Assembly: GCA_038207085.1 (NCBI GenBank)
Contig: JBBRAE010000012.1
Coordinates: 1 to 64,000, forward strand
Length of the DNA: 64,000 bases
Source: Armatimonadota bacterium
GTDB taxonomy: Bacteria; Armatimonadota; UBA5829; DTLH01
Direction of reading: 5' to 3'
The stretch's first letter is position 1. The number at the start of each line of letters is the position of its first letter. Under the pieces are notes generated by a model that searched no databases, was not told the origin of the DNA, and was given only the letters and a program-made list of their open reading frames with translations. A program made the translations under genes and the position numbers. Of this stretch, positions 49,922 to 59,548 are shown piece by piece.

Positions 49922-51754
49922 CTAAGGGTTCTTGGCCCTGATGTCGCTTGCCCAGAGGGCGTTCTCCATCAGCTTGTCGACCCCCTGGCGAAGGGTGAGG
50001 GTGAGAGCGTTCTGACCGGTGAGATAGGTGTCCGGCCTCCACTGCTTTAGCGGCTCGGCCATCACCACCGGGACGGGCTCGTTCTTGTCGCCCCTGATGC
50101 GCACTGTCTTTGTAGAGACTGTGGTGGACTCGCCCGATTGGTTGGCTTCGGTGGGGGTGCTCCATATCTGTCGGCTGCTCGCAAGGTCTATCAGGCTCAG
50201 ATCCGCGACGACGCGGGCGCTCGGGTACGAGAGCACAGTCAGCCTCCAGTCGACCTGGCGGTTCTCACATTCATACTCGTAGTCCCGCTTCTTGCGCTCC
50301 CACTCGTAGTGATCGTCCCGCCATCTGCGCATGTCTCGCTTGTAATCTGAGGAGCGTTCCCTATCTCCCGTGTCGTCGCCGGGGTATTTCTTTGGCCCTG
50401 CTATGCCGTATTTCCTCTCGTCGGGGCTCGGCCTGCTCGGCTCCTGATCGCGAAACTCAGGGACGGGAGGGGTGATTCTCTCTTTGATGCACTTGAACTC
50501 GACCGTTGGCTCAATCTCGCGCACTCGAAGAAGCAGCAGCGCATCCGACCCACTCGCCTTGACGACCTTCTCTGCCCCCACGTGCGCAGTTTGCGACCCG
50601 AATGCGTCTTGGACCAGCTTTCCCCAGTCCTGCGAGGAGTGCGTGATTTTCACCTCGGACTTCACCTGTTCAGCCGTGGCGGTTTCTATCTCCTGCGCCA
50701 AAACAAGCTGTTCCCTGGCGATATCTTTTTCGACAAAGCACACGCCGACTGCCATGCTCTTCACGCCACTTAGGTCGATGAGTTCGATCTTGTGTTCGCC
50801 GGGTTTCAGGTCCTCGGTGGTCACCTCGCTTACGAGCGAGCGAAGATGCCTCTGTGTAGGCGCACGGATGACCCAGGTGTCAGGAGTCGAATCGTTTCCC
50901 TTGAAGAACGAGGCATTAGCCTCGCGGCAAAACCTGTCCCAGCTCGTGAGCTTCCTGCCGTCAGGGGCGTCCAGTTTGCACAACCGGGAAAGCTCTGCTG
51001 GCAATATGCTCGCCGCGACGCTCGGGCTGCACTTTTTCGCTGCGTTCCAATCAAGAGCGATGACCCTGAGGTCAGCCCCGGTGTTTGACAAAAAGTCTCC
51101 CACCCCATCTGTCCCGTACTGCTTCACATCACTGTAGCGGAGCGCCTTTAGAAGCGACTCGGCGGAGGCGTCATCGTTTGTAAGCAGGCTGGCGGAGTAT
51201 ACGGGGTGACTTGTCTCAAAGGGATCGGTTCGTGATACAAGCGCCCTGTGAAGCGTCCAAAGCTCGTCGGCAAACGGCTGCAATAGCGTGGCCCGGGGAA
51301 CGATGACGAGCGCCTGCATAGCGTTCTTGCCGACATTCTGCACATAGGCGGCCACCTTGTGCTGCTTGCCGACATCTTCGGTCATCGCCGGAAAGAGTTC
51401 GTTTTTCAGCCTGCTTAGGGTGACCTTTTCCGCGTTGTCGAGCCTGGAGGAGTCTACGACGATCACGGTCTCGTTCTTCTCGCGCCAGTTATAGCTCAAC
51501 AAAGCGCCACTCTTGCCTTTGTCGACCTCTGACAAGGCTATGTAATGGCACTTACCTTGCCTGTTCAGCCCCTGCCTACAGACCGGGCGCATAACGTCCG
51601 ACTCCGGTAGGTTGCTGATAATATACGCGCTTTCCTCTTTGCGGTTGACGATGTCGTCCATCAAAAGCGTAGGTTCGGCGCTTGAAACGCCGGGCAATAG
51701 AGTGGTCACGGCCACCAGGGATATAAATATCGATCTTGCGAAACTCACATTCAT
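49922..51754 (-). CDS. Hypothetical secreted protein (610 aa)
   Basis: Long ORF, signal peptide, GAGG RBS; no family recognised. Confidence 0.8.
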   Translation of the reverse strand: MNVSFARSIFISLVAVTTLLPGVSSAEPTLLMDDIVNRKEESAYIISNLPESDVMRPVCRQGLNRQGKCHYIALSEVDKGKSGALLSYNWREKNETVIVVDSSRLDNAEKVTLSRLKNELFPAMTEDVGKQHKVAAYVQNVGKNAMQALVIVPRATLLQPFADELWTLHRALVSRTDPFETSHPVYSASLLTNDDASAESLLKALRYSDVKQYGTDGVGDFLSNTGADLRVIALDWNAAKKCSPSVAASILPAELSRLCKLDAPDGRKLTSWDRFCREANASFFKGNDSTPDTWVIRAPTQRHLRSLVSEVTTEDLKPGEHKIELIDLSGVKSMAVGVCFVEKDIAREQLVLAQEIETATAEQVKSEVKITHSSQDWGKLVQDAFGSQTAHVGAEKVVKASGSDALLLLRVREIEPTVEFKCIKERITPPVPEFRDQEPSRPSPDERKYGIAGPKKYPGDDTGDRERSSDYKRDMRRWRDDHYEWERKKRDYEYECENRQVDWRLTVLSYPSARVVADLSLIDLASSRQIWSTPTEANQSGESTTVSTKTVRIRGDKNEPVPVVMAEPLKQWRPDTYLTGQNALTLTLRQGVDKLMENALWASDIRAKNP

Positions 51755-52002
51755 CTCAGACCCTCCTCGGTCGCTATTATATTACACCAAATCGACCTGA
51801 TGTATAAAGACGATGCATTTCTGGCGCGCTTACGCATAACTTTACCTGTTTGTGCTTGGGAAAGCTTTCTTCGTTAAAATAGCCGCCTGTTTTAGCACAA
51901 TTGCCCCCCTTACGTGCCGTACAGGTTGCAGGCAGGCGTGGTTTAGTGTTAGCATCATTGGGCAATCATAAGCTCAGCATGAGACAATAGGAGGCGCGGC
52001 AA

Positions 52003-53118
52003 TTGTTGGACCCACGGATGAAGAAACTCGCTGATCTTTTGGTCAGTTACTCTGCAAAGGTAAAGCCTGGCGAACGGGTGCTTGTAAGCAGCTACGAGAT
52101 CCCCTCGGATATGGTCGTGGCGCTCGTCAACAGAATCGCTCTGGCCGGTGGAATCCCCTTTGTCGAGACGATAGACCAGCGAGTGATGCGAGCAATCTAT
52201 ATGAATGCGACCGAAGAACAGATGAAGGTCCTCGGCAAGACAGACCTTGAGTTTATGAAGGAGATGCAATGCTTCATCGCACTTCGAGGCGCAGGCAACA
52301 TCACGGAGATGTCCGACGTCCCGGACGAGCGGATGAAAATCGCACAGCAGCACTGGCTGAAACCCGTGCTCGACTACAGGGTAAACCACACCAAGTGGGT
52401 GGTCTTGCGCTGGCCGAGCCCGTCGATGGCGCAGCTTGCGGGGATGAGCACGGAGGCGTTTGAGGACTTCTACTTCGACGTCTGCACGCTCGACTACGCC
52501 AAAATGGCGCGTGCCGAGGAGCCTCTAAAGGAGCGAATGCTCACCGCCGACCGGGTGAGAATAATCGGCCCGGGAGAGACCAACCTTGAGTTTTCGATCA
52601 AAGGGATCGGGGCGATCCCCTGTGTCGGTGACCGCAATATACCCGACGGCGAGGTCTACACCGCCCCTGTCCGTGACAGCATCAATGGGGTGATCCAGTA
52701 TAACGCGGGGACGATCTACCGGGGGAAAGCGTTTGACAACATCAGGCTCGTCTTCAAAGACGGCAGAATCGTCGAGGCGACAGGCTCGGACACGAAGGCG
52801 CTAAACGAAGTGCTCGACACCGACGAAGGGGCGCGCTACATCGGTGAGTTTTCCATCGGTTTTAACCCCTACATCAAGCGGCCTATGCGCGACATTCTCT
52901 TTGATGAGAAGATCAATGGCTCGATCCACTTCACGCCGGGACAGGCCTACGACGAGGCTGACAATGGCAATAAGAGCAAGATTCACTGGGATATGGTGAT
53001 GATCCAGACCCCGGAGTACGGCGGCGGGGAGATCTATTTCGACGACGAACTGATCCGAAAAGACGGTCGCTTCGTGCCGGATTATCTGCAATGCCTGAAT
53101 CCCGAGAACCTCGTGTAG
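52003..53118 (+). CDS. Aminopeptidase, M29 (AmpS/AmpT) family
   Basis: NIPDGEV, GEFSIG, LFDEKI.GSIH, S.IHWD motifs. Confidence 0.93.
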   Translation: MLDPRMKKLADLLVSYSAKVKPGERVLVSSYEIPSDMVVALVNRIALAGGIPFVETIDQRVMRAIYMNATEEQMKVLGKTDLEFMKEMQCFIALRGAGNITEMSDVPDERMKIAQQHWLKPVLDYRVNHTKWVVLRWPSPSMAQLAGMSTEAFEDFYFDVCTLDYAKMARAEEPLKERMLTADRVRIIGPGETNLEFSIKGIGAIPCVGDRNIPDGEVYTAPVRDSINGVIQYNAGTIYRGKAFDNIRLVFKDGRIVEATGSDTKALNEVLDTDEGARYIGEFSIGFNPYIKRPMRDILFDEKINGSIHFTPGQAYDEADNGNKSKIHWDMVMIQTPEYGGGEIYFDDELIRKDGRFVPDYLQCLNPENLV

Positions 53119-53229
53119 CCAAGCGCTACCGGCTTAACACATTATCCCATCTGATCTTTAGAGCTGGTTCGGCATATGCCTGGAAACGGTACAAAGACAC
53201 CAAAAAGCACCGATAGCCAAAACAAACAA

Positions 53230-53261
53230 ACCGAGGCGCTTCCAACGGGAAGCGCCTCGGT
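53230..53261. terminator. Intrinsic terminator
   Basis: 14-bp perfect stem ACCGAGGCGCTTCC/GGAAGCGCCTCGGT; U-rich on the minus side. Confidence 0.75.
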
Positions 53262-53289
53262 ATTATCTAAAGATCGTTTTGGGATTCCC

Positions 53290-54309
53290 CTACTGGATCT
53301 TTCGTTCCACCATATAGACTCTGGCTCCAAGCGACCTCCATCGGAGGTTGGTGCTGTTTGTGAGCTGATAGAGCGCGTCGTCCACGGTTCCGCTCGTCAC
53401 TGTGACATCGCCGATCACCCGGTTGATATCACCGTTTACAAGAATGACCGCGCCAAACGCTCCGCTGATCTCCTGAAGAGCCGAGTAAAGTCCGAGCTTG
53501 TCGATCTCTACGCTGCCCTTGGGAGCGGCGCTGCCCTGGCTTGGTCTCATAGGAATAAATACCACCTCGGCAAACGACCGATTGCGGTGATCCCAGCGCA
53601 CGAGCGCAGTCGCCACGCCGCTTGCATCGGTGCTCTGTCCGAGGACAAACGGGACAACCTGTCCGCTCTCGGTCACGTCACCTTCGAATATCTGGCGGGC
53701 TCCGGCCAAACCGTCGGAATCGAAACTCGGACGCCCTGGCTCCATAATATAGACAGAAACATGTTTTCCGGTCGCGTCCTGCGACTTGATGAGCAGCTTG
53801 AACACGCTCCATCCGCTGCGTGAGCTTGATGATTCAAGCCCAAAGCTGAGCCCGCTTTCAAGCCATGCCATACCCGGCTCTACGGTGTTCCATTTGGCTG
53901 TCTTTGCAGGTTCGGCGACCCTATTGAGGCCCAAACTTGCGCCGACGTAGTTCTTGACCGGGCTTACAACCACCGCGCCAAGCACTACAGCAGCCGCTGC
54001 AGCCGCAAACGCTCTGGTTGGAACTTTTGACGCGACCAGATCGCGGAGAGTTCTTCTCCACCAGCTGGCGGCGGCCTGTTCGGCCTCGCGCCGCGCCTGC
54101 ACCTCAGCGACGACACCGTAAGCAAAGCCGACGGGCGGCTCCACCTCGGGCAGCGTCTCCAGCATCTGCCAAGTCATCCGAAACACGCTGTACTCTGTTT
54201 CACAGTCCGGGCACTCCGCCAGATGCCGCTCGAACGCGACAGCCATCGGACGCTCCAGAGCGCTTTCCAGATGCTCAGAAAACAGTTCTTGGGCTTTATC
54301 ACACTTCAT
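53290..54309 (-). CDS. Zinc-binding (zf-HC2) anti-sigma factor with TM and C-terminal STN-like domain
   Basis: MKC...HLAECPDC motif; TM; downstream of ECF sigma. Confidence 0.88.
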   Translation of the reverse strand: MKCDKAQELFSEHLESALERPMAVAFERHLAECPDCETEYSVFRMTWQMLETLPEVEPPVGFAYGVVAEVQARREAEQAAASWWRRTLRDLVASKVPTRAFAAAAAAVVLGAVVVSPVKNYVGASLGLNRVAEPAKTAKWNTVEPGMAWLESGLSFGLESSSSRSGWSVFKLLIKSQDATGKHVSVYIMEPGRPSFDSDGLAGARQIFEGDVTESGQVVPFVLGQSTDASGVATALVRWDHRNRSFAEVVFIPMRPSQGSAAPKGSVEIDKLGLYSALQEISGAFGAVILVNGDINRVIGDVTVTSGTVDDALYQLTNSTNLRWRSLGARVYMVERKIQ

Positions 54310-54475
54310 AAATCGTTAGCCTCCAAGCCGCTAACCTTGTGCTTTCGACTGGAGTCTTACTACCATGCCGTAAGCTAACATTGTCACATCCGACTGACGA
54401 GCAGTCGGCTCGCCTGCACTATGCAGACGCACCAGACGCCCATAATCTCTCACTCTTCCAACATGATTGACTGCG

Positions 54476-55075
54476 CTACAAGTTGAAAAGTTCCCTCACG
54501 GGTTCAAGTTTTTCTTTAAGTGCCAAACGAGCTCTATTTAAGCGTGACTTCACGGTCCCGATCGGAAGTTTCATAATCTGGGCGATCTCTTCATAGGACT
54601 TGTTCTGGGTGTGGTAGAGGATCACCATCATCCTCTGATACTCCGGGAGGTCCTGGATCGCGCTGCGGAGCAGGGTGTCGCGTTCGCCGGTCTCGGCTAT
54701 ATGGTCTGGGAGCGGGCCGGGGTCTTCGATCTGGCGCGTGACGGTGTTTTCCTCAAGCTCGATATAGTCCTCAAGCGAAGTGTGCATGTGCGACTTCTGC
54801 TTTTTACGTTCGTCGAGGAAGACGTTGGTGACGATGCGGTAGAGCCATGTGGTGAAGTTTGCGTCGCCGCGGAATGTGCCGATGGCGTTGAAGACCCGGA
54901 TAAAGGCTTCCTGGGCGACATCGTGGGCGTCGTCGTAGTTTCCGGACATGTGGTAGGCGAAGTTAAAGACCCGCTTCTCGTACATCTGCACAAGCTCGTT
55001 AAACGCGCCGATATCACCCTGCTTACATCTCTGTATCAGGGCAGCTTCAACGATCTTTTTATCCGGGTCCATCAT
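54476..55075 (-). CDS. ECF RNA polymerase sigma factor
   Basis: DVAQEAF, FTTWLYRI, SYEEIA, GTVKSRLNRAR motifs; start uncertain. Confidence 0.93.
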   Translation of the reverse strand: MMDPDKKIVEAALIQRCKQGDIGAFNELVQMYEKRVFNFAYHMSGNYDDAHDVAQEAFIRVFNAIGTFRGDANFTTWLYRIVTNVFLDERKKQKSHMHTSLEDYIELEENTVTRQIEDPGPLPDHIAETGERDTLLRSAIQDLPEYQRMMVILYHTQNKSYEEIAQIMKLPIGTVKSRLNRARLALKEKLEPVRELFNL

Positions 55076-55115
55076 CCGCGTAGCCTGGGGTCGCGTATCA
55101 GGCAGAGTTGCCTGA

Positions 55116-55625
55116 TCATCTCTTGAGTTCGCTTGCCCGTCGAAGAGCTTCCTTCTCCTCGTCCGAAAGCGTGCTCTGAGATCGACCCACTGTGATCTCC
55201 TTGGCATACACGCGCGAGTCGTTTCGGCTGTAAAGGTTGCTTATCACGACTCCGCTCAATTCCCTGTCGAGCAAAGCAAGCGCAAAGCTCTGTTCGCCTC
55301 CCACGTCCGGGAAGGCGTCGAACTTCACGAGCCCCACTCTCTGGATGCTCCGCGCAAGCGACTGGTCAAACGACTCTTGCACGCCTGCGAGCTCGGCAAT
55401 CCGCATGTCAGATCCATCAAGCCTGCGGGTCCACTCGTCGATGTCCCAAAGCGGTGACGCGCCACCTGAGGCCGCCGCCTTTCCCACTTTCCTCGCGAGT
55501 CTACCCACTTTGGCGAGCAAGAGCAAGTTACAGATTACAAGAATTGCTGAAAGCGCGGATAGAATGAAGATAAACGCGGTTTCGTTCGCACGAATGAAAC
55601 CGTTGACGGTATAAACCCAGTCCAT
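55116..55625 (-). CDS. DUF4446-like membrane-anchored protein
   Basis: N-terminal TM; VGLVKFDAF.DVGGEQSFALALLD, YAK, LSDEE motifs. Confidence 0.8.
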   Translation of the reverse strand: MDWVYTVNGFIRANETAFIFILSALSAILVICNLLLLAKVGRLARKVGKAAASGGASPLWDIDEWTRRLDGSDMRIAELAGVQESFDQSLARSIQRVGLVKFDAFPDVGGEQSFALALLDRELSGVVISNLYSRNDSRVYAKEITVGRSQSTLSDEEKEALRRASELKR

Positions 55626-55784
55626 AATTCCCCGTTCTCCTATGCTGGGTTCATTATATCATGGCCGAGCTTGTAAAGGTAGTGTAGTCTGCAAGCTCCG
55701 TAAAAATAACAGGGCAAAGAAGTGACACCAGTGTTTAGCACACCGGGGAAGCAGCAGCTTTCCCGGTGTGCCGAGGCGAGATTT

Positions 55785-56858
55785 CTAGCCGTACTTTTGC
55801 TTCATTATCTTGCCGGCCTCTTTGTGGATCTTCTTCCATTTAGCTCGATGGGCGGCCTCGGCGCCTTTGTCCTGTTTGCGGGCAAGGTAGCCGAGTTCTT
55901 TTCCCATCTTCTGGAAGTTCTCGAAGCGGGCCGGGTCAAGGCCCCCATCATCAAGTGCCTGCCTGATGCGGCATCCGGGCTCACCACCGTGAGAGCAGTC
56001 GGCAAACCGACAGCCTTCGGCGAGCCGAACGATGTCTGCAAACGCGCCGGAGAGGCCTTCGTCGACCCCCCAAAGTCCAAGCTCACGCATCCCAGGCGTG
56101 TCGATCACGAGCGCACCGGACGACAGAGCAAACATCTGCCGGTGGGTAGTCGTGTGGCGGCCCTTGCCGTCGTCCGAGCGGACTTCCTGAGTGCGCTGGG
56201 TCGTTTGCCCCAAGAGGTAGTTGATTATGGTCGATTTGCCGACTCCCGATGAGCCGACAAGCGCAAGCGTCTGACCGGGCCTCAGATACTCATCGAGCAC
56301 TCCCAAACCGACCCCTGCGATGGCGCTTAGGGCGTGGACGGGAACGCCGGGAGCCGACGCCTCGACCTCAATAACCCGCGAAGCGACCTCGTGGCAGACG
56401 TCGGACTTGCTAAGAAGCACCACCGGACGCGAGCCGCTGTCCCAGGCAAGCGTGACGTACCGTTCGACGCGGCGCAGGCTGAAGTTGTCATCGAGCCCGA
56501 CTACGATCAGCAGGGTGTCGATATTTGCCGCAAGAGGCTGCTCGCCTGTGCTCTTTCCCGCCTGTTTTCGGGAGACTTTGCTCGTGCGCGGCAGCAACGC
56601 GTGAATGACGGCGTGCGGGTCGCACTCGTCCAATATCTGCACGGCGACCCAGTCGCCTACTGTTGGCAGGTCGCCCCGCGTGTCGGCATCGAAGTACATC
56701 CGACCCGACGGCACAGCAGGCATCTCGCCCAGTTCCGTCCAGACGACAAACGAGTTCTTGTGCTCAAGAGAGACGCGCGCGGGGACGAACCCCTGTGGGT
56801 GATATATACGGAAACTATCGGCGAAGAAAGGCTTCCAGCCGAGTATATCGAGCTTCAA
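55785..56858 (-). CDS. rsgA: Ribosome small subunit-dependent GTPase A
   Basis: VGDWV, AANID, SKSD, GSSGVGKST, GRHTTT, DTPG, C.F.DC.H..EPGC motifs. Confidence 0.95.
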   Translation of the reverse strand: MKLDILGWKPFFADSFRIYHPQGFVPARVSLEHKNSFVVWTELGEMPAVPSGRMYFDADTRGDLPTVGDWVAVQILDECDPHAVIHALLPRTSKVSRKQAGKSTGEQPLAANIDTLLIVVGLDDNFSLRRVERYVTLAWDSGSRPVVLLSKSDVCHEVASRVIEVEASAPGVPVHALSAIAGVGLGVLDEYLRPGQTLALVGSSGVGKSTIINYLLGQTTQRTQEVRSDDGKGRHTTTHRQMFALSSGALVIDTPGMRELGLWGVDEGLSGAFADIVRLAEGCRFADCSHGGEPGCRIRQALDDGGLDPARFENFQKMGKELGYLARKQDKGAEAAHRAKWKKIHKEAGKIMKQKYG

Positions 56859-56885
56859 TTCCTGGTTCCTCCATTATAGGTACAC

Positions 56886-56919
56886 AAAAAAACCGCAAGC
56901 ATAACCGTCGCGCCTGCGG
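56886..56919 (-). terminator. Attenuator terminator in the rsgA leader
   Basis: CCGCAGGC/GCUUGCGG stem + U7, ending ~28 nt before the rsgA start. Confidence 0.8.
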
Positions 56920-56969
56920 CCTGTGTGCAAGAGAAACCCCTGCCTAAATAAAAGCTGATGTGGGAGGCT

Positions 56970-57035
56970 CTAGCGGGCTCCGCCCAGGCGCGACGAGTGA
57001 TCCAGTATTCTCGATATCTCAAACACAGCGACCAT
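56970..57035 (-). CDS. Putative leader peptide MVAVFEISRILDHSSRLGGAR (21 aa)
   Basis: AAAGGAGG RBS, ATG 57035, TAG 56970; lies between promoter and terminator. Confidence 0.75.
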   Translation of the reverse strand: MVAVFEISRILDHSSRLGGAR

Positions 57036-57064
57036 ACGCCGCCTCCTTTCGGGACATTTTTATT

Positions 57065-57092
57065 ATTATACCACCAATAAGCGGGCAGTCAA
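57065..57092 (-). promoter_or_regulatory. Sigma70-type promoter for the rsgA leader
   Basis: TTGACT-16 nt-TATAAT with extended -10 TG. Confidence 0.7.
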
Positions 57093-57101
57093 TACCAAAA
57101 C

Positions 57102-57117
57102 TGGCATGGTGATCGCT
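57102..57117 (+). promoter_or_regulatory. Possible sigma54 (-24/-12) promoter
   Basis: TGGCATGGTGATCGCT, correct GG-N10-GC spacing. Confidence 0.4.
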
Positions 57118-57166
57118 TTTTCTGCTAAAATTGAATTGCATTTGAACAAGAGGACTGGAGATACTG

Positions 57167-57802
57167 ATGAACCCTGAACTTTTCACGCTTCACCGACTGA
57201 CCGCAGGAATGCTTTACCCACCCTTTGGGCTGCAGCCGGTCGATGTCAACCGAATATATGCCGCGATCACGGAGCGCTACCCGTATCAGTCGCTTCAGCA
57301 CCTGCCCGACGGCGCACGGATGGCTAACGCCGAAAACGACTGCTTTATCCAGCAGACACGTATACAGATCAACGAAACCGTGCAGCTTCATTTTGAGGCC
57401 ACCAAGCAGAAATGCGTCGATATGTTCTCAGTGATCCAGAACCATCTCCACATCCCACAGTTTATGACATTTGGAATCAAGCTTACGTCGCTTCTGCCGA
57501 TGGAGCAGACTACGAACGCCGCGCGGTTCGTCGAGAACAACATGCTCCCGGAGGTCACCCGCAGGCTCGATATGCTCGGCGAGGGACGCGAGGGAGTCGG
57601 GCTCAGACTCATAATGCACAGGGAAGCGGTTTACGAGCTCAAGATCGAGCCATTTTTCGGCGATCTGTCGCAACTCTACGTGGAGCTCGATGTGCAGCAC
57701 ACGAACCCGTTTGCCGACCTTGCAATGGTCCCGACCTGGATGGACTCGGCTTACAACTACCTGTTTGGCGAAGTGAAGAACTTTATCGGAAGCTTTGCCT
57801 GA
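57167..57802 (+). CDS. Hypothetical protein (possibly TIGR04255-like)
   Basis: 211-aa ORF with GGAG RBS; family guess is weak. Confidence 0.75.
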   Translation: MNPELFTLHRLTAGMLYPPFGLQPVDVNRIYAAITERYPYQSLQHLPDGARMANAENDCFIQQTRIQINETVQLHFEATKQKCVDMFSVIQNHLHIPQFMTFGIKLTSLLPMEQTTNAARFVENNMLPEVTRRLDMLGEGREGVGLRLIMHREAVYELKIEPFFGDLSQLYVELDVQHTNPFADLAMVPTWMDSAYNYLFGEVKNFIGSFA

Positions 57803-57822
57803 CGCGATCGACCCAAAACCCG

Positions 57823-58779
57823 ATGCGCACCATCACAGTGATTCTTGCAGCACTGATCCTTGCCGGGGCGCTTCCCGCGCAGGAGGCACAACTCAGCCGC
57901 GAGCAGATTATCGCCCGCTGCCCAACGCTCGCTCGTCTGTTTGAAACCGGGCAGGTCCATCAGCTCCAGGACCCTGTATTCTCCGACCCGGCGGAGGCCA
58001 AATCGTTTGGAAAACTCTGTCGAAAGGTAGTCGCGGAGCTCGATGAGGTGGCGCTGCTTCCCGGAGATATGACGGAGATCAGGCAGAAGGCAGAGCTAGT
58101 CGGCGAGTTTCTGCAGGGGGACGCCTATGATCTGTCGACCTCGGAAATTGGATCGGTCATCAAACTTCGGGAATGGGTGAAGGTCGCGCCACCGGAGGGA
58201 CTCGTATACGTCCGCAAGTATCAGGAGGGAGACAAGGTCCCGGAGCAAGTCTCACAGGCGTTTGCACAGATGTCCGAGCGTCCTGATGGAGCAAAAGTTC
58301 AGGGGATTACAATTTACGGCCGCTACATCGCCGTGCTCCACTCCAAGTATCATGATGAGCTCGTCGACACCATCGCCCACGAACTAGTCCACGCCTACAT
58401 CACGCTCGCCTCGCCCCGTCAGCTGCCGAGATGGTTCCAGGAAGGCGCGGCGGTCTACTTCTCAACGGGCAAAGACACCAAGCTCTACGGAATAACCGGT
58501 GACCCCGTGATGAGGCAGGTCACACTCCCCGAAGACTACAAGACCCGACTCTATTCCTTTCAGTATATAGAAAAGAAAGCCGGAAGGCCGAAGCTTTTCC
58601 AGTTTGTGCGCGACGCGGTCGACACCGGCAAGCCCAAACCACGCGAGGCGCTCGGGCTCGCGCAGCCGCCGAAACCGTTCAAGCCGCCGATATTTTTGAT
58701 CTCATGCGTGGTCGGGGGAGTGGCGATTCTCTTTGGCGGCGCATGGTATATCTCCAACCGCCGCGAGCTTGCAGACTGA
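57823..58779 (+). CDS. Exported zinc metallopeptidase-like protein with C-terminal TM anchor
   Basis: Signal peptide MRTITVIL; HELVH...PRWFQEGAA gluzincin motif. Confidence 0.82.
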   Translation: MRTITVILAALILAGALPAQEAQLSREQIIARCPTLARLFETGQVHQLQDPVFSDPAEAKSFGKLCRKVVAELDEVALLPGDMTEIRQKAELVGEFLQGDAYDLSTSEIGSVIKLREWVKVAPPEGLVYVRKYQEGDKVPEQVSQAFAQMSERPDGAKVQGITIYGRYIAVLHSKYHDELVDTIAHELVHAYITLASPRQLPRWFQEGAAVYFSTGKDTKLYGITGDPVMRQVTLPEDYKTRLYSFQYIEKKAGRPKLFQFVRDAVDTGKPKPREALGLAQPPKPFKPPIFLISCVVGGVAILFGGAWYISNRRELAD

Positions 58780-59167
58780 CCCTGGAAAAATCTTAAGGTT
58801 GCTTAGGTTTTAACGGACAGACGTTGAGGTATATCTTAAATAGACGAGGTCGTAGCCTGGTCTAACAAGAAAGAGTCTCCAAATCTGCAGCGCGCAAGCA
58901 GATCCCCTGGTCGCCTCCAAACGGCCAACAGAGCAAAGTGTGAAGTGGAAAGTGAGACACTTCCCCGATCCCCCCGCCACTTTCCACTTCCACTTGCCCT
59001 CACCATACTTCCCCCTATGTTTGCCCGCAACACATGCTAGGGTACTAAGCAAAAGAGAGTTTCTCCTCTGTCGAAGGAACGCTCGACAAGAGAGACACGT
59101 CCAAGCATGCAGAGTCCGGGAAAGTCTGGACAGACTCGGGGGCGACAAAGTAAATGGAGAGCATACA

Positions 59168-59548
59168 ATGGTCCGAAGTATAATTCAGACCGCCCTAGTC
59201 GCCGTATTTGCGGTGATAACAGCTGGCACGTGCCAGAATACGCTTGTAGAGGCGGCGACGCTGGGCGTCGGGGTGATGATCCCACCCCAACCCACGCAAT
59301 ATCCGGCGCAGCTTTCGTTTGAAAGAGACATCAAGCCGCTCGCCGACTCGCACTGCAAGGAGTGCCACGGCGAGATTATGTCCGACTACGCAAATATCGC
59401 ATCCAAGAAATACATAACCCCCGGCTCGCCTGACCAGAGCCGATACTATACCAAACCGACCGGCAAGGCAAGCCACGGCGGCGAATCGGCATGGAGAGAC
59501 AAAGCCGACACCATCAGAAATTGGATCGAGACCGGAGCGGCGGGCTAG
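59168..59548 (+). CDS. Small exported monoheme c-type cytochrome
   Basis: SFERDIKP....CKECH....PGSP..S...WI..GA pattern resembling the planctomycete cytochrome c domain. Confidence 0.75.
   Translation: MVRSIIQTALVAVFAVITAGTCQNTLVEAATLGVGVMIPPQPTQYPAQLSFERDIKPLADSHCKECHGEIMSDYANIASKKYITPGSPDQSRYYTKPTGKASHGGESAWRDKADTIRNWIETGAAG

Noticed and set aside
48552..50165. 537-aa minus-strand ORF
   Set aside because: Antisense shadow of the DUF362 gene, typical of GC-rich DNA
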